A stretch of 64,000 bases of DNA from the NCBI GenBank assembly GCA_029577135.1, contig JARQPW010000001.1, forward strand, positions 42,022 through 106,021, read 5' to 3'. Numbering within the stretch: the stretch's first letter is position 1; the number at the start of each line of letters is the position of its first letter. Position numbers and translations under genes: made by a program. The stretch is from Acidimicrobiales bacterium. Lineage in GTDB: Bacteria > Actinomycetota > Acidimicrobiia > Acidimicrobiales > MedAcidi-G1. This document shows, one piece after another, positions 40,101-48,532 of this stretch. The notes beneath the pieces are model-generated. The model had not been told where the DNA came from and did no database searches. It was given only the letters and a program-made list of their open reading frames with translations.

Positions 40101-41179
40101 TGACCCTCGCCGAAATCCCCTTCGCCCCAGCCGACGAGCAGCCGGAAGAACCCGCCGCAGTTCCCTCTGCCCATCGGGGCAACATCCTCGACCCGGGCTT
40201 CGACCTGACGCTGCGGCCCATGCGCTATCCGGCCTTCTACGAGATGTACCGGGATGCCATCAAGAACACCTGGACCGTCGACGAGATCGACTTCTCCGAC
40301 GACGTCCCCGACCTCGACCGGAAGTTGTCGCCCGCCGAGAAGCACCTCGTGAACCGGCTGGTGGCGTTCTTCGCCACAGGCGACTCGATCGTCGCAAACA
40401 ACCTGGTGCTCAACCTCTACCAGCACATCAACGCCCCCGAGGCCAGGATGTACCTGTCGCGCCAACTCTACGAAGAAGCGCTGCACGTCCAGTTCTACCT
40501 GACGCTGCTCGACAACTACATCCCCGACATGGCCGAACGGGAGGCCGCATTCGCTGCGATCCACAACATCCCGTCGATCCGCAAGAAGGGCGACTTCTGC
40601 TTCAAGTGGATGGGCTCGGTCGACGACCTCGACGAGCTCGACACCGACGACAAGCGCCGGGCGTTCCTGCTGAACCTGATCTGCTTCGCCGCCTGCATCG
40701 AGGGGCTGTTCTTCTTCGGCGCCTTCGCCTACGTCTACTTCCTGCGCTCCAAGGGCCTGCTCAACGGCCTGGCGGCAGGCACCAACTGGGTGTTCCGCGA
40801 CGAGTCGTGCCACATGAACTTCGCCTTCGAGGTCATCAACACGGTGCGGGCCGAACAGCCCGAGTTGTTCGACGACCACCTGGCCGAGCAGATCACCGAG
40901 ATGGTCAGCGAAGCCGTCGAGTGCGAGCTCCAGTTCGCCGAGGACCTGCTCAGCCAGGGCGTGTCGGGCATGTCCACCGCGGACACCCGCGAGTACCTCC
41001 AGTTCGTCGCCGACCAGCGCCTCGCCCAACTGGGCCTGCGGCCCAAGTACGGCTCGAAGAACCCGTTCGGGTTCATGGAGCTCCAGGACGTCCAGGAACT
41101 CACCAACTTCTTCGAACGCACCGTCGTCGCCTACCAGGTCGGCGTCGAAGGCAACGTCGCCTTCGACGAGGACTTCTAG
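40100..41179 (+). CDS. nrdB: class I ribonucleotide reductase beta subunit
   Basis: Di-metal and radical site residues: FFATGDSIV (Asp ligand), EEALHVQFY (E-x-x-H with Tyr at H+4), FRDESCHMNF. The ATGA overlaps the nrdA stop. Confidence 0.93.
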   Translation: MTLAEIPFAPADEQPEEPAAVPSAHRGNILDPGFDLTLRPMRYPAFYEMYRDAIKNTWTVDEIDFSDDVPDLDRKLSPAEKHLVNRLVAFFATGDSIVANNLVLNLYQHINAPEARMYLSRQLYEEALHVQFYLTLLDNYIPDMAEREAAFAAIHNIPSIRKKGDFCFKWMGSVDDLDELDTDDKRRAFLLNLICFAACIEGLFFFGAFAYVYFLRSKGLLNGLAAGTNWVFRDESCHMNFAFEVINTVRAEQPELFDDHLAEQITEMVSEAVECELQFAEDLLSQGVSGMSTADTREYLQFVADQRLAQLGLRPKYGSKNPFGFMELQDVQELTNFFERTVVAYQVGVEGNVAFDEDF

Positions 41180-41236
41180 GCCGGCCCCACAACCGAGGTC
41201 CCTTCCCGGTCACACCCCGGACCGGGTTCCCAGACG

Positions 41237-41259
41237 AGGCCCCCACCGCCAGGGGGCTT
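41237..41259 (+). terminator. candidate terminator hairpin after nrdB
   Basis: aGGCCCCC-accgcca-GGGGGCtt is a 6-8 bp GC stem 58 nt after the nrdB stop. Confidence 0.35.
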
Positions 41260-41331
41260 CGTCGCGTGCAGGGCGCCCCACAACCGCGCTTTCTGTGCGT
41301 CAGGTTCTTCGACTTCGTGAGCCCGATCTCG

Positions 41332-41532
41332 CTACCAGCGCCGTGCGAAGTAGGCGGTCACGATGACTATGGCCACGATGAAGCCCATCCACGCGATGTA
41401 ACTCGCGACGATTGCAACAATTGAGAGCGAACACCAGACGATCACGGCAGATCTCGACACCTTGCTCTTTCGATAGCGCAAGACCACATCAACGACCATC
41501 CAGAGCACGAACAATTCGACGGCTACGAGCAT
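41332..41532 (-). CDS. small membrane protein (66 aa, two hydrophobic helices)
   Basis: MLVAVELFVLWMVVDVVL-RYRKSKVSRS-AVIVWCSLSIVAIVASYIAWMGFIVAIVIVTAYF. Lies in the low-GC region, 36 nt downstream of the secreted-protein gene on the same strand. Confidence 0.45.
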   Translation of the reverse strand: MLVAVELFVLWMVVDVVLRYRKSKVSRSAVIVWCSLSIVAIVASYIAWMGFIVAIVIVTAYFARRW

Positions 41533-41568
41533 TGCAACCCTTCCAGGCAGATTCTTGAGTTCATGTAC

Positions 41569-42459
41569 TCAAGAACCCCAACTCAACTGTGCGTTGAGCT
41601 GCAGGGGAAAACAGGGCACCCAGGTCCAGCCGTGGTGCGAGACGTAGGACGCGTTCTGATTACCACCATAGGCGTAGCCGTTCACGTGGATCCCCACGAA
41701 CGTGTCCGGGAAATGAGTGTGGACGTTCTTGGGCCAACAGAACGTGTGATTGTGGTGCTCCTGAGAGTTGTTCGATGCCCAGTCGGTGCACCAGCCGATT
41801 CGGGGACCATTCCAATGGCTGTTCGAGACCATGCTCCAGCCGGTTTCCGCCCAATCGTGAGTCTCCCAACCACTACCTGCGTAGACGCAGTTCCCCCAGT
41901 TGACGGTCGTCTGGACATGAGCTGTCACTTCGGACACTGAGTGATTGATCCAGTCCTCCCACCAGATCCTCATCCGTGCTCCGGCCGAGGACGCGCTGCG
42001 TGCATGGGGCCGATCGAGGGCATCCCTCAACAACCCATCGGCTTCCACTCCATCTTCTGGCACGCCGACCTCGTACTTGACGACGCAGTTGCCGCCGTCT
42101 CGCATCAGCTCACGCCAGAGTATCGACGACTGATCGGCTTCAAGTCTCAACTCAGGCAACTCGAAGACGCAAGTTTCCCCGTCTCTTCTCCCTGCGAGCG
42201 AAACCACGTGAGAGTCACGAAGGGCCGCTTCTCCCTTGACCGAGAAATAAATCGTCCCGTCCGACTCCACCACTGTGCCATCAGGCCAGACTCGACTGCC
42301 GTCAGGCAGAAGTTCAGGCCGAATCGTTTCGGTGGCCCGTTTCAGCGCTTCCTGGTTTCTCCCTCCCTCAATTGCTTCTGCTCCCACCGGACTTGAAAGC
42401 AGTGCAACGCCCGCAATGAACAGAACCACCGCGAACCCAATCATCCGTCGCATATACAT
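41569..42459 (-). CDS. secreted hypothetical protein with Trp/His/Asn-rich C-terminal domain
   Basis: Signal peptide MYMRRMIGFAVVLFIAGVALLSSPVGAEA. The C-terminal region is WWEDWINHS...WGNCVYAGSGWETHDWAETGWSMVSNSHWNGPRIGWCTDWASNNSQEHHNHTFCWPKNVHTHF. No family recognised. Low GC. The track ORF extension to 42606 runs into the IS end. Confidence 0.55.
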   Translation of the reverse strand: MYMRRMIGFAVVLFIAGVALLSSPVGAEAIEGGRNQEALKRATETIRPELLPDGSRVWPDGTVVESDGTIYFSVKGEAALRDSHVVSLAGRRDGETCVFELPELRLEADQSSILWRELMRDGGNCVVKYEVGVPEDGVEADGLLRDALDRPHARSASSAGARMRIWWEDWINHSVSEVTAHVQTTVNWGNCVYAGSGWETHDWAETGWSMVSNSHWNGPRIGWCTDWASNNSQEHHNHTFCWPKNVHTHFPDTFVGIHVNGYAYGGNQNASYVSHHGWTWVPCFPLQLNAQLSWGS

Positions 42460-42554
42460 CCCACCTATCAATCTCTTCTTGTCAGATGACAACTTGACTG
42501 ACGCCCGTCTATCACGCACTTCTGACAGAGGCGAGCTCCGCGACTGCATTTCCG

Positions 42555-42581
42555 TGAACCGCCCCGGGTAATGCGCAGGCT
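42555..42581. repeat. IS3 left terminal inverted repeat
   Basis: TGAACCGCCCCGGGTAATGCGCAGGCT. Its partner at 43651-43677 reads TGAACCGCCCCGGGTTTTGCGCAGGCT on the opposite strand. Confidence 0.85.
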
Positions 42582-42604
42582 CCGACCCTTGAGAGGATGG
42601 AGTC

Positions 42605-42931
42605 ATGAAAGTGCAACGACGACCGGGGCGTTACCCGGCTGAGCTGCGTGAGCGTGCTGTTCGGATGGTGTTCGAGGCCGAGCGTCATTGTGGTTCGCAG
42701 TGGGAAGCGATCACTTCGGTGGCCGACACGTTGGGTCCGACTGCGGAGACGGTGCGCAAGTGGGTGCGCCGTTTCGAGATCGACCATGGTCGCCGTGCCG
42801 GGGTCACGACTGATGAGCGCCAGCGTCTGCGGGTGTTGGAGTTGGAGAACCGTGAGTTGCACCGCGCCAATGAGATCCTCAAGGCGGCTTCGGCTTTCTT
42901 CGCGGCCGAGCTCGACGGCCCAAGGACGTGA
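42605..42931 (+). CDS. IS3-family transposase OrfA (HTH / leucine-zipper part)
   Basis: RYPAELRERAVRMV....G....AI..VA..LG...ETVRKWVRR.E.D.G...G.T..E...L..LE.EN.ELRRANEILK.A.AFFA.ELD is the typical IS3 OrfA pattern. Confidence 0.8.
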   Translation: MKVQRRPGRYPAELRERAVRMVFEAERHCGSQWEAITSVADTLGPTAETVRKWVRRFEIDHGRRAGVTTDERQRLRVLELENRELHRANEILKAASAFFAAELDGPRT

Positions 42932-43677
42932 TTGCGTTCATCGACGCATACCGGAACAGGTTCGGGGTCGAGCCGATCTGCAGGACACTGCAGTTCGCCC
43001 CTTTTCACCTACTGGTCAGCGAGGCGCCGGCCGCCGTCGAAGCGTTCTGAGCGCGACGAGGTCCTCAAGGTCGAGGTCGCCAGGGTTCATGCGGACAACT
43101 TCGGTGTGTATGGCGCGAACAAGGTGTGGGCGCAACTCAACCGAGAGAACATCAGCGTGGCCCGTTGCACCGTGGAGCGCCTGATGCGCGACCTGGGCCT
43201 TGTCGGTGCTGTTCGTGGCAGTCCACGGCGCACCCGGCGACTTCATCGGTGAACGCCCCGTCAACTCGGTCATCCACCCAGCTGGCCTGCCCATCAACAA
43301 CCTCCTCATCAAGGTGTTGCGTCCACCAGTTGAATCCGCCCAATACCTGTCGATCCGTTACACCGAACGCCTCGCCGAGTGCGGTGTGGTGAACTCGGTC
43401 GGGTCACGCGGCGACTCCTACGACAACGCCCTGGCCGAGACGATGTTCGGGCTCCAAAAGACCGAACTGGTCCGCAACAAAGGCCCCTGGCGGGGCATCG
43501 ACGACCTCGAACTCGCCACCCTCGAATGGATCGACTGGTTCAACCACCGCCGCCTGTTCGGCCAACTCGGCCACATCCCGCCAGCAGAGTACGAACACCT
43601 CCACTACCGTCAACACGTCCCGGCCGAACCGGCCAGGACTCAAACAACCCAGCCTGCGCAAAACCCGGGGCGGTTCA
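42925..43677 (+). pseudogene. IS3-family transposase OrfB remnant
   Basis: DVIAFIDAYRNRFGVEPICRTLQ (frame -1 relative to orfA), a frameshift, then SERDEVLKVEVARVHADNFGVYGANKVWAQLNRENISVARCTVERLMRDLGLVG. After a gap of only ~130 nt comes AQYLSIRYTERLAECGVVNSVGSRGDSYDNALAE...WIDWFNHRRL. The segment that should carry the first two DDE aspartates is missing. Confidence 0.75.
43651..43677. repeat. IS3 right terminal inverted repeat
   Basis: AGCCTGCGCAAAACCCGGGGCGGTTCA is the reverse complement of the left end with 2 mismatches. Confidence 0.85.
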
Positions 43678-43681
43678 CCGG

Positions 43682-45337
43682 CTACTCCTGTTCCTCGGGC
43701 TCGCCGGACTCCTCGGAGCCTCCGCCGCGGTTGCGCAGGGCGAGGGCGGCGGCGCCGGCGGCCACCACCGCTGCGGCGCCGATGCCGATAACTAGGCCCG
43801 AACCTCCACCTTCATCCGTGGCTGCGGCGGCCGTCTCGGCGGCCTTGGCCAGCGTCGTCACGGGCGCCTGGGTCGTGGTCGGCGCAGCCGTGGTCGTGGG
43901 CGCCTGGGTGGTGGTCGGTGCGGCCGTGGTCGTGGTCGTCGGCGCCTGGGTGGTGGTTGTCGTGGTCGTGGTCGGTGCGGCCGTGGTCGTGGTCGGTGCG
44001 GCCGTGGTCGTGGTCGGTGCGGCCGTGGTCGTGGTCGGTGCGGCCGTGGTCGTGGTCGTCGTTGTCGTGGTGGTCGGCGGGGGCGGCACGTACTCGCCGC
44101 GGAACGGACCGCTGACCTCGTAGGTGATGCCCACGGAGAGGCCGTCGGGGGCTTCACCCCAGTCGATCGACTCGATGATGTCCCGGGTCAGTCGGTTGCC
44201 CTTCCCCCGCTGGGAGCTGAAGTAGAGGCGGTTCCGGTTCGGGTTGAAGCAGGGCCCGGTGATCTCCGAGTTCTCCTCAACCGGATCGGGGATTCGGCAG
44301 AACGGCGCCACCTCGCCCTCCGGCGTGATGATGACGACCTCCATGTTGCCGCCGTCCTCGGCCACGAACAGGTCGCCCGAGCCCTCCTCGACGGTGATGT
44401 TGTCGACGCCCGTGAGCGGCTGCCGGTCGCCGGTGCCGTCCCAGATCAGCGTGTACTGCTGCGCGCGCAGGTCCACGGCGTGGACCCGGTTGTCGGTTTT
44501 GGTTGTGTACCAGATCGAGCCGTCGTGGTACCAGATGCCCTCGCCGCCGGGCGTGAGGAAGGCGCCCGGCACCTGCTCGCGGGTCGGCGTCTCGGCTGCC
44601 GACGGGTCGGGCACGGCCGCCCAGGTGACCGACCCGTCCTCGGCAACGAGCATCGCCTCGAGCGTGCCCGCCGAGAGGTCGGGGTAGGCGTCGGGCGTGT
44701 AGCGGTAGAGAAGCCCCTCGGCGTTGTCCTCGGTGAGGTACACCATCTCATCGACCGGATCGACGGCCGCCGCCTCATGGGCCCAGTTGCCCATGGCCGG
44801 GTGCGCCACCGCCTCGTTCTCGCCGGTCGGGTCGCACTCCCAGACCAGGCCGGACCCGATGTAGGCCTCCTCGCAGGACAGCCAGGTGTCCCACGGGGTG
44901 ATACCACCGGCGCAGTTCGAGTGGCTGCCCTCGAGGATGCGGTAGGCGTCGAGGATCTCGCCGTCGGCGTCGAAGTGGATCGCCGACACGCCGCCCAGTT
45001 GCGTTCCCGGGGTGAGCCAGTTGAAGACCTCCGAGTTGCATACGTAGTACCAGCCGCCCTCGCCGTCGTCGAACGTGGCCGCTCCGTCGGGGAACAGGTG
45101 CCACTCGTAGTCGGTGTCGCCGACCGGGTCGCCGCTGACTGCGATGATCCGTGACGTGAAGCCCTCGGGCAGGACCAGGCCGTTCTCGTCGGGCTCCACG
45201 CCCTCGAGCGAGCCGTAGGGCCCGTCGCCCGGTTCGGCACCGTCGACCACCTTGGCCGAGGCCATCCGGGTGGAGGTGAGCGTGCCGGCCCCCACCGTGG
45301 CGACCATGCTGCTTCGCAGGAACGTCCGTCGGTCCAT
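43682..45337 (-). CDS. Tat-exported PhoX-like (DUF839) beta-propeller protein with Thr/Pro-rich linker and C-terminal TM anchor
   Basis: Twin-arginine signal MDRRTFLRSSMVATVGAGTLTSTRMASA and DUF839/PhoX-like blocks (SNCAGGITPWDTWLSCEE, WAHEAAAVDP, YLTEDN..GLLYRYTP, FSSQRG). The tail is PPPPTTTT...(TTTTAAP)n...LVIGIGAAAVVAAGAAALAL. A strong RBS (AAGGGGGAG) precedes ATG 45337. Confidence 0.8.
   Translation of the reverse strand: MDRRTFLRSSMVATVGAGTLTSTRMASAKVVDGAEPGDGPYGSLEGVEPDENGLVLPEGFTSRIIAVSGDPVGDTDYEWHLFPDGAATFDDGEGGWYYVCNSEVFNWLTPGTQLGGVSAIHFDADGEILDAYRILEGSHSNCAGGITPWDTWLSCEEAYIGSGLVWECDPTGENEAVAHPAMGNWAHEAAAVDPVDEMVYLTEDNAEGLLYRYTPDAYPDLSAGTLEAMLVAEDGSVTWAAVPDPSAAETPTREQVPGAFLTPGGEGIWYHDGSIWYTTKTDNRVHAVDLRAQQYTLIWDGTGDRQPLTGVDNITVEEGSGDLFVAEDGGNMEVVIITPEGEVAPFCRIPDPVEENSEITGPCFNPNRNRLYFSSQRGKGNRLTRDIIESIDWGEAPDGLSVGITYEVSGPFRGEYVPPPPTTTTTTTTTTAAPTTTTAAPTTTTAAPTTTTAAPTTTTTTTTQAPTTTTTAAPTTTQAPTTTAAPTTTQAPVTTLAKAAETAAAATDEGGGSGLVIGIGAAAVVAAGAAALALRNRGGGSEESGEPEEQE
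43858..44085. repeat. coding tandem repeat (21-nt unit; four perfect copies at 43971-44054 inside a degenerate array)
   Basis: gtcggtgcggccgtggtcgtg occurs 4 times back-to-back (43971, 43992, 44013, 44034). It encodes (TTTTAAP)n on the minus strand, and related degenerate units flank it. Confidence 0.85.
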
Positions 45338-45425
45338 CGTGCTCCCCCTTGTCCACGGGTCTGCGGTCCTCCAACCGCACTGCACGCGACGCTAGACCCT
45401 GTGACCGGCCTATGTCATAGGCGGG

Positions 45426-46406
45426 CTATGGGCCCCCGAAGGCGTCGAGGATGCGATCGGACGCCGCGGCGGGGGTCTCGGTGCCGTCGAGCACCCGGCG
45501 TTCGGCGTCGGCCAGCACCTCGAGCACGGTCGGGTCGCCGTGGAGGGCAGCCAGCAGTCGGTCCTCGACCATCGCCCACATCCAGGCCAGTTGTTGGCCC
45601 CGGCGGCGCTCGTCCCATTCGCCCGATGCGGTGAGCACCGCCCGGTGCGCCTCGATGTGCGCCCACAGTTCGGGTAGGCCCTCTCCGGTGAGGCCGCTGC
45701 AGGTGACCACCGGGGGCGTCCACGCGGGACTCGAAGGCCGGGTGAGCCGCAGGGCCGCTGAGTAGTCGCGGGCGGCGGTGCGTGCAGCCTTGGCGTTGTC
45801 GCCGTCGGCCTTGTTGACAGCGATCAGGTCGGCCAACTCGAGCAGTCCCTTCTTGATGCCCTGTAGCTCGTCACCGGCGCCGGGCAGCATCAGCGCCAGG
45901 AAGAAGTCGACCATGCGGGCCACGAGGATCTCGGACTGGCCCACGCCGACGGTCTCGACCAGCACCACGTCGAAGCCGGCGGCCTCGAGCACGAGCAGGG
46001 TTTCGCGGGTGGTGCGGGTGACGCCCCCGAGGGTGCCGGCCGACGGCGAGGGCCGCACGAAGGCGTCGGGGTCGTTGGCGAGGCGCTGCATGCGGGTCTT
46101 GTCGCCGAGGATCGATCCGCCGGTGACCGTGCTGGTCGGGTCGACGGCCTGCACGGCGACCCGCCGGCCCGAGGCGGTGAGCTGGGTGCCGAGGGCCTCG
46201 ATGAACATCGACTTGCCGACGCCGGGAACGCCGGTGATTCCGACCCGGTGCGAGCCCCCGGCGTACGGCAGTAGGGCAGCCAGCAGGTCGGCGGCCCGGC
46301 TCCGATGGTCGGTGTGGGTGCTCTCGACGAGGGTGAGCGCCCGGCCGAGGGTCGCCCGGTCACGGGCGAGGACCCCGTCGACCAGCTCGTCGACGGTGGG
46401 GCTCAT
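45426..46406 (-). CDS. meaB: methylmalonyl-CoA mutase-associated GTPase
   Basis: P-loop [15 protein letters not shown] and the ArgK/MeaB layout. 4-nt overlap with mutB. Confidence 0.92.
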   Translation of the reverse strand: MSPTVDELVDGVLARDRATLGRALTLVESTHTDHRSRAADLLAALLPYAGGSHRVGITGVPGVGKSMFIEALGTQLTASGRRVAVQAVDPTSTVTGGSILGDKTRMQRLANDPDAFVRPSPSAGTLGGVTRTTRETLLVLEAAGFDVVLVETVGVGQSEILVARMVDFFLALMLPGAGDELQGIKKGLLELADLIAVNKADGDNAKAARTAARDYSAALRLTRPSSPAWTPPVVTCSGLTGEGLPELWAHIEAHRAVLTASGEWDERRRGQQLAWMWAMVEDRLLAALHGDPTVLEVLADAERRVLDGTETPAAASDRILDAFGGP

Positions 46407-48532
46407 GTCAGCTTCACGAGCAGCTCGGTGGCGGCGGCTGCGATGACGGTGCCCGGCGGGAAGATCGCGGCAGCGCCCGCTGCCCGCAGTGCCTCGTGGT
46501 CCTGGACCGGGATGACGCCACCGACGGCGATGGCGATGTCGGGTCGGCCGAGGGCGGCGAGGGCGTCGCGCAACTCGGGCACCAGCGTCAGGTGCCCGGC
46601 TGCCAGCGAGCTCACGCCGACCACGTGCACGTCGTTCTCGACCGCCTGCCGGGCCACCTCGCCCGGCGTCGAGAACAGCGGGCCGATGTCGACGTCGAAG
46701 CCCAGGTCGGCGAATGCGGTGGCGATGACCTTCTGGCCCCGGTCGTGGCCGTCCTGGCCAACCTTGGCGACGAGGATCCGGGGCCGGCGGCCGTGTTCGG
46801 CCTCGAAGTCGGCCACGCGGACGCGGGTGTCGGCCACCTGTCCGTCTTCGCCGACCTCACTGTTGAACACGCCCGAGATGATGTGCACCTCCGCGACATG
46901 GCGCCCCCACACCTGTTCGAGGGCGTCGCTGATCTCGCCGACGGTAGCCCGCGCCCGGGCCGCGTCGACGGCCAGACCCAGCAGGTTGCCCTCGCCGGTG
47001 TCGGCGCAGCGGGTGAGGGCGGCCAGCGCCGCATCGCAGGCGACGGGGTCGCGTTCGGCCCGGAGGCGCTCGAGCCGGGCGACCTGGTCGGACCGGACCT
47101 GGGCGTTGTCGATCCTGCGGACGTCGACGTCCTCCGCCGCATCGAGGCGGTAGCGGTTCACGCCGATGACCGACTGGCGGCCCGAGTCGATGCGGGCCTG
47201 GGTGCGGACGGCGGCCTCCTCGATGCGCAGTTTCGGGATACCGGCCCCGATGGCCGACGCCATGCCGCCGCTCTCCTCGACCTCGGTGAGGTGCTCCCAC
47301 GCCCGCGCCGCCAGGTCGTGGGTGAGCCGCTCGACGTGGTAGCTGCCGCCCCACGGGTCGGCCACCCGGCAGGTGCCGCTCTCCTGCTGGAGGAACAGCT
47401 GCGTGTTGCGGGCGATGCGGGCAGAGAAGTCGGTGGGCAGCGCCAGCGCCTCGTCGAAGCCGTTGGTGTGCAGCGACTGGGTGTGGCCCTGCGTGGCCGC
47501 CATGGCCTCGACGCAGGTGCGGACCACGTTGTTGTAGACGTCCTGGGCCGTGAGGCTCCAGCCCGACGTCTGGCTGTGGGTGCGCAGCGACGACGACCGG
47601 GGGTCCTGCGGGTCGAACTGCGCCATGAGCCCCGCCCACAGCAGTCGGGCGGCCCGCAACTTGGCGACCTCCATGAAGAAGTCCATGCCGATCGCCCAGA
47701 AGAAGCTCAACCGCGGAGCGAAGGCGTCGACTTCGAGCCCGGCGTCCATGCCGGCCCGCACGTACTCGACCCCGTCGGCCAGCGTGTAGGCCAGCTCCAG
47801 GTCGGCCGTCGCCCCCGCCTCCTGCATGTGGTAGCCGGAGATCGAGATGCTGTTGAACTTCGGCATCCGTTCGCTGGTCCAGGCGAAGATGTCCGACACG
47901 ATCCGCATCGAGGGGGCCGGCGGGTAGATGTAGGTGTTGCGGACCATGAACTCCTTGAGGATGTCGTTCTGGATGGTTCCGGCCAGCCGCTCCGGCGCCA
48001 CGCCCTGCTCCTCGCCGGCCACCACGAACATCGCGAGAATCGGCAGCACGGCGCCGTTCATGGTCATCGACACGGTCATCTGCTCGAGCGGGATGCCGTC
48101 GAACAGGGTGCGCATGTCCAGGATCGAGTCGATCGCCACGCCGGCCATGCCGACATCGCCCGAGACCCGGGGGTGGTCGCTGTCGTAGCCGCGGTGGGTG
48201 GCGAGGTCGAATGCCACCGACAGGCCCTTCTGGCCGGCCGCCAGGTTGCGGCGGTAGAAGGCGTTGGACTCCTCGGCGGTCGAGTAGCCGGCGTACTGGC
48301 GGATGGTCCACGGTCGGGCCGCGTACATGGTCGGGTACGGGCCCCGCAGGTAGGGCGCCAGTCCCGGCCAGGTGTCGAGGAAGTCGAGGCCGTCGAGGTC
48401 CGCCGAGGTGGCGAGTGCACTGATGTCGATGCCCTCGGGCGTGGTGAAGGTGCCCAGGTCCGGGGTGGGGCCGGGCGCAGCCGGCGTGCCCTCGCCGAGG
48501 TCGAGTTGCGTGAAGTCGGGGACGGCGCTCAC
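46403..48532 (-). CDS. mutB: methylmalonyl-CoA mutase large (catalytic, B12-binding) subunit
   Basis: [60 protein letters not shown], and the C-terminal B12 domain [29 protein letters not shown]. The GTG start at 48532 overlaps the mutA stop (GTGA). The longer track ORF is an out-of-context extension. Confidence 0.95.
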   Translation of the reverse strand: MSAVPDFTQLDLGEGTPAAPGPTPDLGTFTTPEGIDISALATSADLDGLDFLDTWPGLAPYLRGPYPTMYAARPWTIRQYAGYSTAEESNAFYRRNLAAGQKGLSVAFDLATHRGYDSDHPRVSGDVGMAGVAIDSILDMRTLFDGIPLEQMTVSMTMNGAVLPILAMFVVAGEEQGVAPERLAGTIQNDILKEFMVRNTYIYPPAPSMRIVSDIFAWTSERMPKFNSISISGYHMQEAGATADLELAYTLADGVEYVRAGMDAGLEVDAFAPRLSFFWAIGMDFFMEVAKLRAARLLWAGLMAQFDPQDPRSSSLRTHSQTSGWSLTAQDVYNNVVRTCVEAMAATQGHTQSLHTNGFDEALALPTDFSARIARNTQLFLQQESGTCRVADPWGGSYHVERLTHDLAARAWEHLTEVEESGGMASAIGAGIPKLRIEEAAVRTQARIDSGRQSVIGVNRYRLDAAEDVDVRRIDNAQVRSDQVARLERLRAERDPVACDAALAALTRCADTGEGNLLGLAVDAARARATVGEISDALEQVWGRHVAEVHIISGVFNSEVGEDGQVADTRVRVADFEAEHGRRPRILVAKVGQDGHDRGQKVIATAFADLGFDVDIGPLFSTPGEVARQAVENDVHVVGVSSLAAGHLTLVPELRDALAALGRPDIAIAVGGVIPVQDHEALRAAGAAAIFPPGTVIAAAATELLVKLT

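Larger units (their letters stand above)
42555..43677 (+). mobile_element. IS3-family insertion sequence, decayed (internal deletion plus frameshifts)
   Basis: 27-bp terminal inverted repeats (25/27 identical), flanking CCG/CCG direct repeat, orfA, and a -1-frame orfB that lacks its catalytic core. Confidence 0.85.

Noticed and set aside
42460-42606. A 5' extension of the secreted-protein ORF (MTPSSQGSEP...).
   Set aside because: It runs into the IS3 terminal repeat. The internal Met at 42459 begins a canonical signal peptide.
43678-44123. A plus-strand ORF continuing out of the IS3 orfB remnant into a V/A/G-rich sequence.
   Set aside because: This is read-through beyond the IS right end, antisense to the Thr/Pro-rich stalk of the PhoX-like gene, so it is not a real coding continuation.
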